Shown: positions 1-8,146 of the stretch, piece by piece | How the letters are laid out: each line of letters starts with the position of its first letter | How positions within the stretch are numbered: the stretch's first letter is position 1 | Assembly: GCA_016929895.1 (NCBI GenBank) | Contig: JAFGHW010000017.1 | Span: 1 to 58,824, forward strand | DNA: 58,824 nt | Direction of reading: 5' to 3' | DNA from: Candidatus Woesearchaeota archaeon | GTDB lineage: Archaea > Nanobdellota > Nanobdellia > Woesearchaeales > ARS49 | Position numbers and translations under genes: made by a program | The notes under the pieces: model-generated | The model's database searches: none | What the model saw: the letters and a program-made list of their open reading frames with translations, nothing else | Told to the model about the DNA's origin: nothing

Positions 1-63
1 GACTCAACAGAAGCAGAAGTCAGCGGCGCAAGCCTAACAGACGTAACTGTTAAAGCAATATAA
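1..63 (+). CDS. 3' end of a gene running in from the left edge (…DSTEAEVSGASLTDVTVKAI*), possibly an S-layer protein
   Basis: Frame 1 is open to TAA at 61-63, uses A-ending codons like the other + genes, and is followed by a strong T tract. The S-layer guess is only from resemblance of the C-terminus. Confidence 0.5.
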   Translation, partial: DSTEAEVSGASLTDVTVKAI

Positions 64-104
64 AAAGCTTTAACTTTTTTTTAATTTCTTTTTCTTTCTT
101 TTTT
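50..104 (+). terminator. Probable terminator: short inverted repeat plus oligo-T tract
   Basis: GTTAAAGC…GCTTTAAC spans the stop codon and is followed by about 30 nt of T-rich sequence. Confidence 0.55.
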
Positions 105-198
105 AACATATAACAGTTCTTTTTAGAAACATTTAAATATGATAATATTAGAATACATATTTAAATATAAAATATTAAAAAAATTGAGGTGATATTAG

Positions 199-867
199 AT
201 GACAATTCTGACTGAAATAGGGGTCAACATAATAGACCCGTTATTAAGAATCTGGGATGGAATAATATCAACAGTTCCAGGAATAGTGGCTGCAATAGTA
301 ATTCTAGTAGTAGGATATCTTATAGCATGGGTGATAGGTTATATTGTAGAAAAAACATTAACAAAAATACAACTGGACAAATGGATACTGGAAAAAACAC
401 ATATGCAAAAAATAATAGGTGCATTTAGACTAACGCATTTTCTTGCAGTAATAACCAAATGGTATGTTTTTATCCTGTTCTTGCCACCAGCAGCAACCTT
501 AATACAATTGCCGCCCTTATCATCATTCTTATTATCAGTTGCCTTATGGATACCTAATGTAATCCTGGCAGTAATAATAGGAATAGTAGGAATAATGGCC
601 GCGCACTACACAGAATGGAAAATACTTGAAACAAAAGCAAAAACAGCAAATATAATTGCGTATTTAGCTAAAGTAGTAATAGTAATATTTACATTGCTAA
701 TTGTTTTAGACCAAATCGGAGTAAAAATAGCAATAGCACAAACAAGTTTCTTGATAATACTATCAGGAGTCATGCTGGCAATTGCATTGATGCTAGGAAT
801 AGGATTTGGCTCTGCATTTAGGGAAGAAGCAAAGAAAATAATCAAAGACGTTAAAAAGAAAATTTAA
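199..867 (+). CDS. CmpX/MscS-related membrane protein (conserved TM-helix repeats)
   Basis: Repeated P-x-I-V/I-x-A-x-x-I motifs (PGIVAAIVI, PNVILAVII), L-D-Q-I-G-V and A-L-x-L-G-I-G-F-G. RBS GAGGTGA upstream. Confidence 0.75.
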   Translation: MTILTEIGVNIIDPLLRIWDGIISTVPGIVAAIVILVVGYLIAWVIGYIVEKTLTKIQLDKWILEKTHMQKIIGAFRLTHFLAVITKWYVFILFLPPAATLIQLPPLSSFLLSVALWIPNVILAVIIGIVGIMAAHYTEWKILETKAKTANIIAYLAKVVIVIFTLLIVLDQIGVKIAIAQTSFLIILSGVMLAIALMLGIGFGSAFREEAKKIIKDVKKKI

Positions 868-872
868 TTTTT

Positions 873-1556
873 TTATTCTTTTTTTATTATATGTTTGCAT
901 TGCAGAGATAAATCTGCCCAAATATTTTCTCCTGATTCTCTGGCATCGCTGCAGAATGCAAAATCGTCATAAGTAGAGCAATCATTTGGAACCCTGAATT
1001 TAATTTTTTCCAAAACCGATTTATGAATCAAAACACAGCCTAGACCGCACATTTTAATTTTTTTAAGAACAGGCTGATTTGAATTTTTCGCAGCAGTACA
1101 TTCAGAATTCATAAAACGCATTTTATCCGGCTCTCCAGGAACATCAGCCCAAATAAGAGGCCTAAGCTTAGGAATTCCATGAAATGTATATATTGTGTAG
1201 TATACTCCGGAAATAACTTTTTTATTATGGCGCAATAATTTTTCAATAACATTTTCCGGGGGGATAACATCTTGCTCTAAACTAAGCAAATAATCATAAT
1301 TGCCTTTTAAAAATCTTTCCCTGATTATATTCCTGCTTTGAACAATGCTGTCATGAGGGCGAGCTCGCGGCAAATCTTTGATTACATTTATCCCTGCTTC
1401 TTGAATTTTTTTAAAATACTGTTCTGAAGGTGAATTGTCAACTAAAAGTATGTCAAATTCAGGATAAGTAAGTTCTTTAAGCGCCTTGATATATGCATCA
1501 AAACAATAATTTTTCCCGTCATATGTCGGGCAACCAACAAGGATTTTAGGATTCAT
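873..1556 (-). CDS. Glycosyltransferase, GT-A fold (family 2-like)
   Basis: ILVGCPTY, LVDNS, LEQDVI (DxD-like), GLGCVLI, DDFAFC and a C-terminal His. Confidence 0.85.
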   Translation of the reverse strand: MNPKILVGCPTYDGKNYCFDAYIKALKELTYPEFDILLVDNSPSEQYFKKIQEAGINVIKDLPRARPHDSIVQSRNIIRERFLKGNYDYLLSLEQDVIPPENVIEKLLRHNKKVISGVYYTIYTFHGIPKLRPLIWADVPGEPDKMRFMNSECTAAKNSNQPVLKKIKMCGLGCVLIHKSVLEKIKFRVPNDCSTYDDFAFCSDARESGENIWADLSLQCKHIIKKE

Positions 1557-1687
1557 AACTTTTTGAATACTGCTAATAATATAAATGTTTTGGACTATAG
1601 AAAAACTTAAAAACTAATGCAATAAATACATCAAATATAGGCAGTCAAACAATGTTTGAGCGCTTTTTAAATCGAGGTTTGAATAAA

Positions 1688-1912
1688 ATGGCAAAAATAG
1701 TACATGAACAATGGAAATGTATTGGTTGCGGAGCATGCACTGGAGTATGTGCAAAATACTGGGAAATGGGTGATGAAAACAAAGCGCAACTAAAAGGAGC
1801 TTCATACAAGGATACAGATGAAGGCAAATTAGGCGAATTAGCTGTTGAAAAAGCTGAATGCAATGAGGATGCAGCATCAGCTTGTCCTGTGCAGTGCATA
1901 CATGTGAAATAA
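1688..1912 (+). CDS. Monocluster [4Fe-4S]/[3Fe-4S] ferredoxin
   Basis: CIGCGAC…ACPVQCI motif. GAGGT RBS precedes the ATG at 1688, preferred over the ORF-track start at 1652. Confidence 0.9.
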   Translation: MAKIVHEQWKCIGCGACTGVCAKYWEMGDENKAQLKGASYKDTDEGKLGELAVEKAECNEDAASACPVQCIHVK

Positions 1913-2134
1913 TGATTTAATGGAAAAATTTCTTTTTTCAAAGAGGCGAAGAAAATCGCTTGTTCAACTTGCCGGATGTTGAGTTAAAAAGAAAAAGCGC
2001 TAGATAAGTTAATTTAACACTTTAAAAGACTATTGGCGAAATTTATTTGTTTTCTATATTGAAAATAATGCTTTTTTTGGTAACCTTTATATAAATTCTA
2101 TCTATTCATTCAAATATAGAGGTTAGAAAAGCAA

Positions 2135-4150
2135 ATGCCCAAAATAACAAAAATACGCAAAAGAGACGGTACAATTGAAATATTAAACACTGAAAAAATA
2201 AAAAAAATACTCGAAAGAATAATACCTGAATCAAAAAAGGGCAAAATAAAAAGAATAATCCAGGAAATCACAGAAACATTAGACAAATATTATTCAGAAG
2301 AGCTCTTGCCCTCAACACAAGATATAGAAGACCTTGTTCTTGACTTTCTTAAAAAAGAAAAAATACCATTAAAAAAATACTTAGAAGAAAAAACAAAACA
2401 AAAATATGGTTTTAAAGTAATACATGGAGTAAGAGATGACATTGGGTTATCTGCAAACGCAATCAAATTACTTGCGCGCAGGTATTTACTTAGAAATGAA
2501 CAAGGCAGAATTATAGAAACACCATCAAGAATGTTCAGAAGAATAGCAAAGGCAATATCTCTAGCCGAACGAAATTACAAAAAAGATATCCGCAAAGCAG
2601 AAGAACAATTTTATAATGTAATGTCAAAATTAGAATTTCTTCCAAACAGTCCAACATTAATGAACGCAGGAACAGAAATAGGACAGTTATCTGCATGTTT
2701 TGTTCTCCCAATAGAAGATTCATTAGACAGCATATTTGATACAATAAAATTAATGGCCAAAATACAACAAACAGGCGGAGGAACAGGATTTAATTTTAGC
2801 AAAATACGGCCGTTAGGGGATTTGATAACCACAACAAAGGGAATGGCATCAGGACCGCTGTCATTTATGCAAATATTCGACAAAGTAACTAACATCATAA
2901 AAAGAGGAGGAAAAAGGAGAGGGGCAAATATGGCAATACTTCGCTCAGACCATCCAGATATTGTTTCTTTTATCAAATCAAAAAAACAAGAAGAAAATCT
3001 TCTGAATTTCAACATATCAGTGGGAGTAACAGACGAATTCATGGATGCCGCAATCCAAAATGCTCCATACTGGTTGGTAAACCCAAGAACAGGAAAAAAA
3101 GTAAAAAAAGTAAGTGCAAAAATACTTTTAGAAATGATTTCTGAAACCGCCTGGAGAATAGGCGACCCAGGAATAGTATTTCTAGATGAAATCAACAAGC
3201 ACAATACATTGCCTAGCTTAGAAAAAATAGAAAGCACAAATCCATGCGGAGAACAACCATTACTTCCATATGAAAGCTGTAATTTAGGCTCAATAAACCT
3301 CATAAAAATGATTGAACAAGGAAGACTTAACTGGGACAAACTTAAAAAAACAGTGCAAATAGCAGTACATTTCTTAGACAATGTGATTGATGTAAACAAG
3401 TATCCATTGCGTGAAATAGAAGAAAAAACAAAACAAAACCGAAAAATAGGCCTTGGAATAATGGGATTTGCAGATGCCATTGCATTATTAGGAATTCCTT
3501 ATGATTCTGAAAAATCAATACAATTCGCAGAAAAATTAATGAAATTCATTACAGAAACCGCAAGGAAAAAATCAGAAGGGCTGGGAAAAGAAAGAGGAAA
3601 TTTCCCAAATTTTGAAAAAAGTATTTTCAACAAAAAATACAAAAACATGAGAAACGCAACATTAACAACAATTGCGCCAACAGGCAGTATTAGTATAATC
3701 GCAGGATGCTCTTCAGGAATAGAGCCCTTATTTGCGATAGCATATGTCCGTGAAATACTAGACAGCACAAAAATGGTAGAAATGAGCAAAACATTTGAGG
3801 ATATCGCAAAAAAGAAAGGCTTTTACAGCAAAAAACTGATGCTGCAAATAGCAAAAGAAGGAACGGTTTCTAAAAACAAAAAAATACCTTCAGATGTAAG
3901 AAAATTATTTACAACATCATTAGAAATAAAACCAGAATGGCACGTAAAGATTCAGTCGGCATTTCAAAAATACGTAGATAACGCAGTCAGCAAAACAGTC
4001 AATCTTCCAAATAATGCGGCATCAAAAGATATAGAAAAGATTTATAAATTAGCATACAAATTAAAGTGCAAAGGCATAACAGTTTACAGATACGGAAGCA
4101 AAGAAAAACAAATTTTATACCTCGGAAGCTGTCCTGCCAATGTTTGTTAA
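2135..4150 (+). CDS. nrdJ: Class II (adenosylcobalamin-dependent) ribonucleotide reductase with N-terminal ATP cone
   Basis: KIRKRDG ATP cone, FLPNSPTLMNAG, SACFV, TNPCGEQPL, CNLGSINL, TIAPTG, SKTVN, KGITVYR and C-terminal CxxxxC. No beta-subunit gene nearby; a cobalamin adenosyltransferase lies downstream. Confidence 0.92.
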   Translation: MPKITKIRKRDGTIEILNTEKIKKILERIIPESKKGKIKRIIQEITETLDKYYSEELLPSTQDIEDLVLDFLKKEKIPLKKYLEEKTKQKYGFKVIHGVRDDIGLSANAIKLLARRYLLRNEQGRIIETPSRMFRRIAKAISLAERNYKKDIRKAEEQFYNVMSKLEFLPNSPTLMNAGTEIGQLSACFVLPIEDSLDSIFDTIKLMAKIQQTGGGTGFNFSKIRPLGDLITTTKGMASGPLSFMQIFDKVTNIIKRGGKRRGANMAILRSDHPDIVSFIKSKKQEENLLNFNISVGVTDEFMDAAIQNAPYWLVNPRTGKKVKKVSAKILLEMISETAWRIGDPGIVFLDEINKHNTLPSLEKIESTNPCGEQPLLPYESCNLGSINLIKMIEQGRLNWDKLKKTVQIAVHFLDNVIDVNKYPLREIEEKTKQNRKIGLGIMGFADAIALLGIPYDSEKSIQFAEKLMKFITETARKKSEGLGKERGNFPNFEKSIFNKKYKNMRNATLTTIAPTGSISIIAGCSSGIEPLFAIAYVREILDSTKMVEMSKTFEDIAKKKGFYSKKLMLQIAKEGTVSKNKKIPSDVRKLFTTSLEIKPEWHVKIQSAFQKYVDNAVSKTVNLPNNAASKDIEKIYKLAYKLKCKGITVYRYGSKEKQILYLGSCPANVC

Positions 4151-4165
4151 CAAAGAGGTGATTAA

Positions 4166-4396
4166 ATGGGCAAAGTTAAAAAAAGAGCAAGAAAGATTTC
4201 TAGAAAGAAAATAAAGGCGCGCAAATTAAAAAGAAAAAAAGCTCCCAGCAAGCCGCGCACTTCAAAAGTAGTCATGAAAAAATGCATTAAATGCAAAGCT
4301 CCGCTTTCTGGATTTATGCATAAGTATATAGGAAGGCCGATATTTGGAATAAAACCATCCACAAAAAAGAAAGGATACTGCAATAAATGCGAATGA
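4166..4396 (+). CDS. Small basic protein with CxxC…CxxC zinc finger
   Basis: RBS GAGGTGA; K/R-rich N-terminus; CIKC…CNKC; stop overlaps the next start (ATGA). Confidence 0.7.
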   Translation: MGKVKKRARKISRKKIKARKLKRKKAPSKPRTSKVVMKKCIKCKAPLSGFMHKYIGRPIFGIKPSTKKKGYCNKCE

Positions 4397-4908
4397 AAGC
4401 CAAAGTATATCTCTGGACCGGCAATGGCTGGGGAAAAACAACTTCAGCATTAGGGGCTGCCTTAAGAGCTATTGGACACGGTTATAGAGTTTCAGTAATA
4501 CAGTTCATGAAAGGATGGAAAGAAAAAGTAGGCGAATATAAGATTCGCTCTAAACTAGGAAAGAATTTTTCAATACAGCAATTTGGAACAAAAAAATGGG
4601 TTTCCTTAAAAAAGCCAAGTTCAAAAGACATTGAGTTGGCGAAAAAAGGATTACACGCGGCGTATTTTGAAGCAAAGAAAAAACCATTTTTATTAATACT
4701 TGATGAAATAAACCTAGCAATAAGAATAGGTCTTCTAAAAGAAAAAGAAGTTCTTGATTTCTTAGACATTGTTGACTCGCGAACAACAGTCTATTTAACA
4801 GGACGCAATGCAACAAAAGGACTGCTCAAAAGGGCAGATTTTATCAATGAAATAGCGATGAAAAAAGGGCCAAAGAAATTAAAAGGCGAAAAAGGCATTG
4901 ATTACTGA
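4393..4908 (+). CDS. cobO: Cob(I)alamin adenosyltransferase, CobO/BtuR family
   Basis: TGNGWGKTTSALG P-loop, RAIGHG, IQFMKG, ILDEIN, LTGR and a C-terminal GIDY. Confidence 0.92.
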   Translation: MKAKVYLWTGNGWGKTTSALGAALRAIGHGYRVSVIQFMKGWKEKVGEYKIRSKLGKNFSIQQFGTKKWVSLKKPSSKDIELAKKGLHAAYFEAKKKPFLLILDEINLAIRIGLLKEKEVLDFLDIVDSRTTVYLTGRNATKGLLKRADFINEIAMKKGPKKLKGEKGIDY

Positions 4909-5043
4909 TTATTCCTCTTCTTCTGTTTTTCTTGGAGGTTCTTCTTCGTGATGAGTATGAGGCTTTTTTTTCTTTTTTTCCTCGATGTCTTCTAGCAATT
5001 CATTAATTTCTTCCTTGTCTTTATCTTTATCATTTTCTTCCAT
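4909..5043 (-). CDS. Putative 44-aa charged micro-protein (MEENDKDKDKEEINELLEDIEEKKKKKPHTHHEEEPPRKTEEEE)
   Basis: Hand translation. A TATA-like TTTTATATA lies ~25 nt upstream of the ATG, as for leaderless genes, and the stop abuts the cobO stop. Confidence 0.5.
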   Translation of the reverse strand: MEENDKDKDKEEINELLEDIEEKKKKKPHTHHEEEPPRKTEEEE

Positions 5044-5084
5044 GAAACAGAACTATAGACACAAAGTATATAAAACTTATGATA

Positions 5085-5178
5085 ACTTGACTTTTGCGTT
5101 TGTCTATAACAATAGGCAAAAGTTTCGTAACCTGAACTTTTGCTTGACATATCCAAAGTAGAAATGCAAAAGTTCGGG
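5085..5178. repeat. Two tandem inverted repeats sharing the core ACTTTTGC…GCAAAAGT
   Basis: Arms 5090-5097/5116-5123 and 5131-5143/5166-5178 (13 bp with one mismatch or G-U). Confidence 0.75.
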
Positions 5179-5182
5179 ATAA

Positions 5183-5196
5183 GAAAGATTTATAAA
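5183..5196 (+). promoter_or_regulatory. BRE + TATA promoter of the 640-aa gene
   Basis: GAAAGATTTATAAA about 24 nt upstream of the GTG start. Confidence 0.65.
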
Positions 5197-5219
5197 TTAC
5201 ATCCTGTTAATTATACGCT

Positions 5220-7142
5220 GTGGGAAGAAGAAAAACAACTGGTTTGGGGGAAAAAACCGAATTATTAGTTCAGAAAACAGACAGGCGGACTGCTGCAGGA
5301 AGAACAGCTGCAAAAGCAATATTTCAATATTATGAGAATTCTGACGGAAAAACAATATCTTTATTGTATGGCATTATCGCAAGATGTTCTTTAAGGAATA
5401 TTACTGAATTGAATGAGATAGAAGATGTTTTTTATGTTTCTAAACAAAAAGAGGAAAAAGAGAAACAAAAAGAAATTTGTGTTTGCGGAACACGTATACA
5501 AAATGTGTATTTATTGCAACTTAAAAACGGAAAAATTTCTCTAGACGAAATATTAGAATCATTAGAAACTAATCAAATCTTGCAACTGTCAAAAGATTTA
5601 ATTCCAATTGGAAAAAACTGCTATGAAAAACTGCCGGAAATCTTATCAGAACTAGGATTAAAAAAAGCTGCAGAAAGAATTTCGTCCATGTCAAGAAAGA
5701 AAACAATAAAAAAAGCAAAAAAAGACATGGAAGCAATAGTGAATGAATTGACACAAAACATCTCCTTTGAGCTAAGACAACAATTACGAAAAGCAGGAAT
5801 ACAACCAGAACAATTAGCAAGAACATCATTATTAATAAAACATTATGAACAATTTCTAAAAGGAGATGAAAGCGGAACACTCTTTGATTTAGACCCAGGT
5901 TCAAACAGAAGCATGTTTAACTGGTTTGAAGAAAATGCAAAAGATTCTATAAATAAAGAAATAAGAAATATATTACGCAAATGCAAATATGCTGCACATC
6001 GATTAAACCAAAATGATTTGGCTCAAATTATGCTTTATATAATGGAATACAAACAAATAAATACAAACGTCATGCTCGCAGAATTTAACAAAGACATGCT
6101 GTATATTTCTTCCCTTCCTTTTAGACATCCTTGGGTTACGAAGAAAAGAATACGCATCGACAAAAGATTTTCACAGCCCAATACAATTTATAGAAACCGC
6201 CGCAGTATACGCGGCAGAACAATTCGTAAACTCCTGGAACAAGAAAGAATAACTGCAATGCAGGCAATGGGGATACATAACAAATTTCCTTTTCTAGAGC
6301 AACTTAGAATATCTATAAACACAGAAATAGAACAAAAATATGGTTCTGAAAAAGAAATCAGTTCATTGATACAAAGTACAAAAGATTATTACAAGCAAAT
6401 AAAAGAAAAACGAAAACAAGAAGTCTTTTCTGGAAAGATTTTATTTGGCGGCGAGTATGGAATCTTAAAAGAATTCTTTAAGCGAGCATCAGTAGGGCGA
6501 ACTCATTCTGAACAAGAAAATTATTTAAGAAACTTTTGCATAGAAGACTTCCAAGAAACCTTTCCTTTAATAATTTTGATAGGGCGAAAAATAAAATATG
6601 CGCGAAAATTAAAAAAAGAAAATTCAAGAATTCAAGAACACAATATATTAAGAACACAGTATATTCTGAAAGAAGAGATTGATGAAAATTTTGAAAAACT
6701 AACAGGAATATCTGAAAAAGACATAAGAGAAAGACTGAGATTAAAAGATGGCGATTCTTTATTTGAAAACCTGCTGGATTTTTTTGAAAAAGTGCCTTAT
6801 TCTCATTCACAGTTTACTAACTTTTGGAGCAAAAATATTTTAAGAATACAAACAGGTTTAAGCGAAGGCATAGTGGAAAAAAAATATTTTGCAATGGAAA
6901 AAAATAAAAATAACTTTAGTATATGGTACGAGAGGCTAATGAATGCAGAGATGCATAAAATTTCAGATGAATCAATTCAGCAAGTAGAGGCATTGAGAAA
7001 ACTTCAACAGGAATCAGGAACTGGCTTTTATTATTTAAGAAAAAGGATTTTCTTGTCAACCTTGGAAAGAGAAGGATACGGCTCAAACCATTCAGAACTA
7101 ACTATTAAATGTTTATACAAGGAATATATAGAAAGAAATTAA
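5220..7142 (+). CDS. Hypothetical 640-aa protein with a CxCG…IGxxC putative Zn-binding motif
   Basis: Long ORF with its own promoter; CVCGTRIQNVYLL…IPIGKNC. Confidence 0.7.
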   Translation: MGRRKTTGLGEKTELLVQKTDRRTAAGRTAAKAIFQYYENSDGKTISLLYGIIARCSLRNITELNEIEDVFYVSKQKEEKEKQKEICVCGTRIQNVYLLQLKNGKISLDEILESLETNQILQLSKDLIPIGKNCYEKLPEILSELGLKKAAERISSMSRKKTIKKAKKDMEAIVNELTQNISFELRQQLRKAGIQPEQLARTSLLIKHYEQFLKGDESGTLFDLDPGSNRSMFNWFEENAKDSINKEIRNILRKCKYAAHRLNQNDLAQIMLYIMEYKQINTNVMLAEFNKDMLYISSLPFRHPWVTKKRIRIDKRFSQPNTIYRNRRSIRGRTIRKLLEQERITAMQAMGIHNKFPFLEQLRISINTEIEQKYGSEKEISSLIQSTKDYYKQIKEKRKQEVFSGKILFGGEYGILKEFFKRASVGRTHSEQENYLRNFCIEDFQETFPLIILIGRKIKYARKLKKENSRIQEHNILRTQYILKEEIDENFEKLTGISEKDIRERLRLKDGDSLFENLLDFFEKVPYSHSQFTNFWSKNILRIQTGLSEGIVEKKYFAMEKNKNNFSIWYERLMNAEMHKISDESIQQVEALRKLQQESGTGFYYLRKRIFLSTLEREGYGSNHSELTIKCLYKEYIERN

Positions 7143-7155
7143 ATCAAAAATGTTA

Positions 7156-8073
7156 TTACCTTATTTTAACCTTAACTCCGAGCTGTTTAATCATAGACTT
7201 GCATCTATTTCTTAGAGTTGTTTCAGTAATGCCAGAAATCTCAGCAATTTTCTTTTGAGTTCTCTTTTCACCCAATGTAAGGCCTGCAATGTACAAAGTA
7301 GATGCAGCAACACTAACAGGGCTCAATCCAGACATTAAACCTTTCTTTTTAATGGCTTCAATAAACTTAATTGCCTTTGTCTGAACTTTAGCAGACAGTT
7401 TTAAATCGCTTGCAAATCTTCCGACAAAATCAATAGGGTCTGTTGGCACTATCTTAATATTTAATTCTCTAAGCATCATCTTATAAGTTTTAGCCAGAAT
7501 CTTGATTTCAATATTAGAAGCTTCTGCAAACTCTTTCAAAGACCTAGCAATACCGTGAATCTTGCAAGCAATATAAATCGCTCCAACAACCAGGTTTTCA
7601 ATAGACCTCTTCAGAGTTAAACCCTGCTCTGCAGCCTGCCTGTAAATTCCAGCAGCTTCTTTTTCAACTCTTGCAGGAATATTCAATTGTCCTGCAACAA
7701 CCTTTAAATTTGTTAAAGCAGTATTAAGATTTTGCTGTAAAGAGCTAGAAGTCCAAGCATTCTTTTTCTTAATTCTATGAATTAATTTCTTTGTTTTGGT
7801 GTTAAGCTTAGAAAGGTCCTGCCTATTACCAATAGCAGTACCTAAATTATCAGCAATTCTAGGGTCAAAAGGAGCTCCAGTTCTAGAATTCTTTTCCATA
7901 TCTTCGAATTCAAAAGAACGGTGTTCATCAGTAAAATCAACTACAGATTCATCTAGAACAAAGTTGCACTTTTTGCAAATAACTTCTCCTCTGTCCTTTA
8001 CGTGAAAAAAGTCATGGCCTCCACAGTCTGGACAGGTTTCTTTAGCTATCATTTTTCTCCCACCATTTACCAT
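7156..8073 (-). CDS. tfb: Transcription initiation factor IIB (TFB), divergent paralogue; start may be 8052
   Basis: CPDC…CKKC Zn ribbon, RTGAP, two cyclin repeats (IYIACKIHGIARSLKE; RTQKKIAEISGITETTLRNR). Confidence 0.92.
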   Translation of the reverse strand: MVNGGRKMIAKETCPDCGGHDFFHVKDRGEVICKKCNFVLDESVVDFTDEHRSFEFEDMEKNSRTGAPFDPRIADNLGTAIGNRQDLSKLNTKTKKLIHRIKKKNAWTSSSLQQNLNTALTNLKVVAGQLNIPARVEKEAAGIYRQAAEQGLTLKRSIENLVVGAIYIACKIHGIARSLKEFAEASNIEIKILAKTYKMMLRELNIKIVPTDPIDFVGRFASDLKLSAKVQTKAIKFIEAIKKKGLMSGLSPVSVAASTLYIAGLTLGEKRTQKKIAEISGITETTLRNRCKSMIKQLGVKVKIR

Positions 8074-8122
8074 TAAATTAACTAATACTCACTCACCAAT
8101 ATGACATAGTATGTGACAAGTA

Positions 8123-8139
8123 GTATATAAATCTTTCGG
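8123..8139 (-). promoter_or_regulatory. BRE + TATA promoter of tfb
   Basis: Minus strand reads CCGAAAGATTTATATAC. Confidence 0.65.
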
Positions 8140-8146
8140 TTTTTAA

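Noticed and set aside
1915-2040. Two small hairpins upstream of nrdJ as a possible cobalamin riboswitch
   Set aside because: No B12-box or GGGAA/GCCACTG-type motifs, and nrdJ has its own TATA (~2085-2095) downstream of the hairpins.
2611-3480. 289-aa antisense ORF inside nrdJ, and many similar antisense ORFs in the track
   Set aside because: Shadow frames caused by biased codon usage of well-supported genes; no family motifs.
2135-4150. Intein in NrdJ or in the RNA polymerase subunits
   Set aside because: Lengths are normal, motifs are contiguous and no C…HN splice junctions are present.
5085-5181. Repeat-spacer-repeat pattern as a mini CRISPR array
   Set aside because: The units are inverted arms around the variable part, there are only two, and lengths do not fit CRISPR repeats and spacers.
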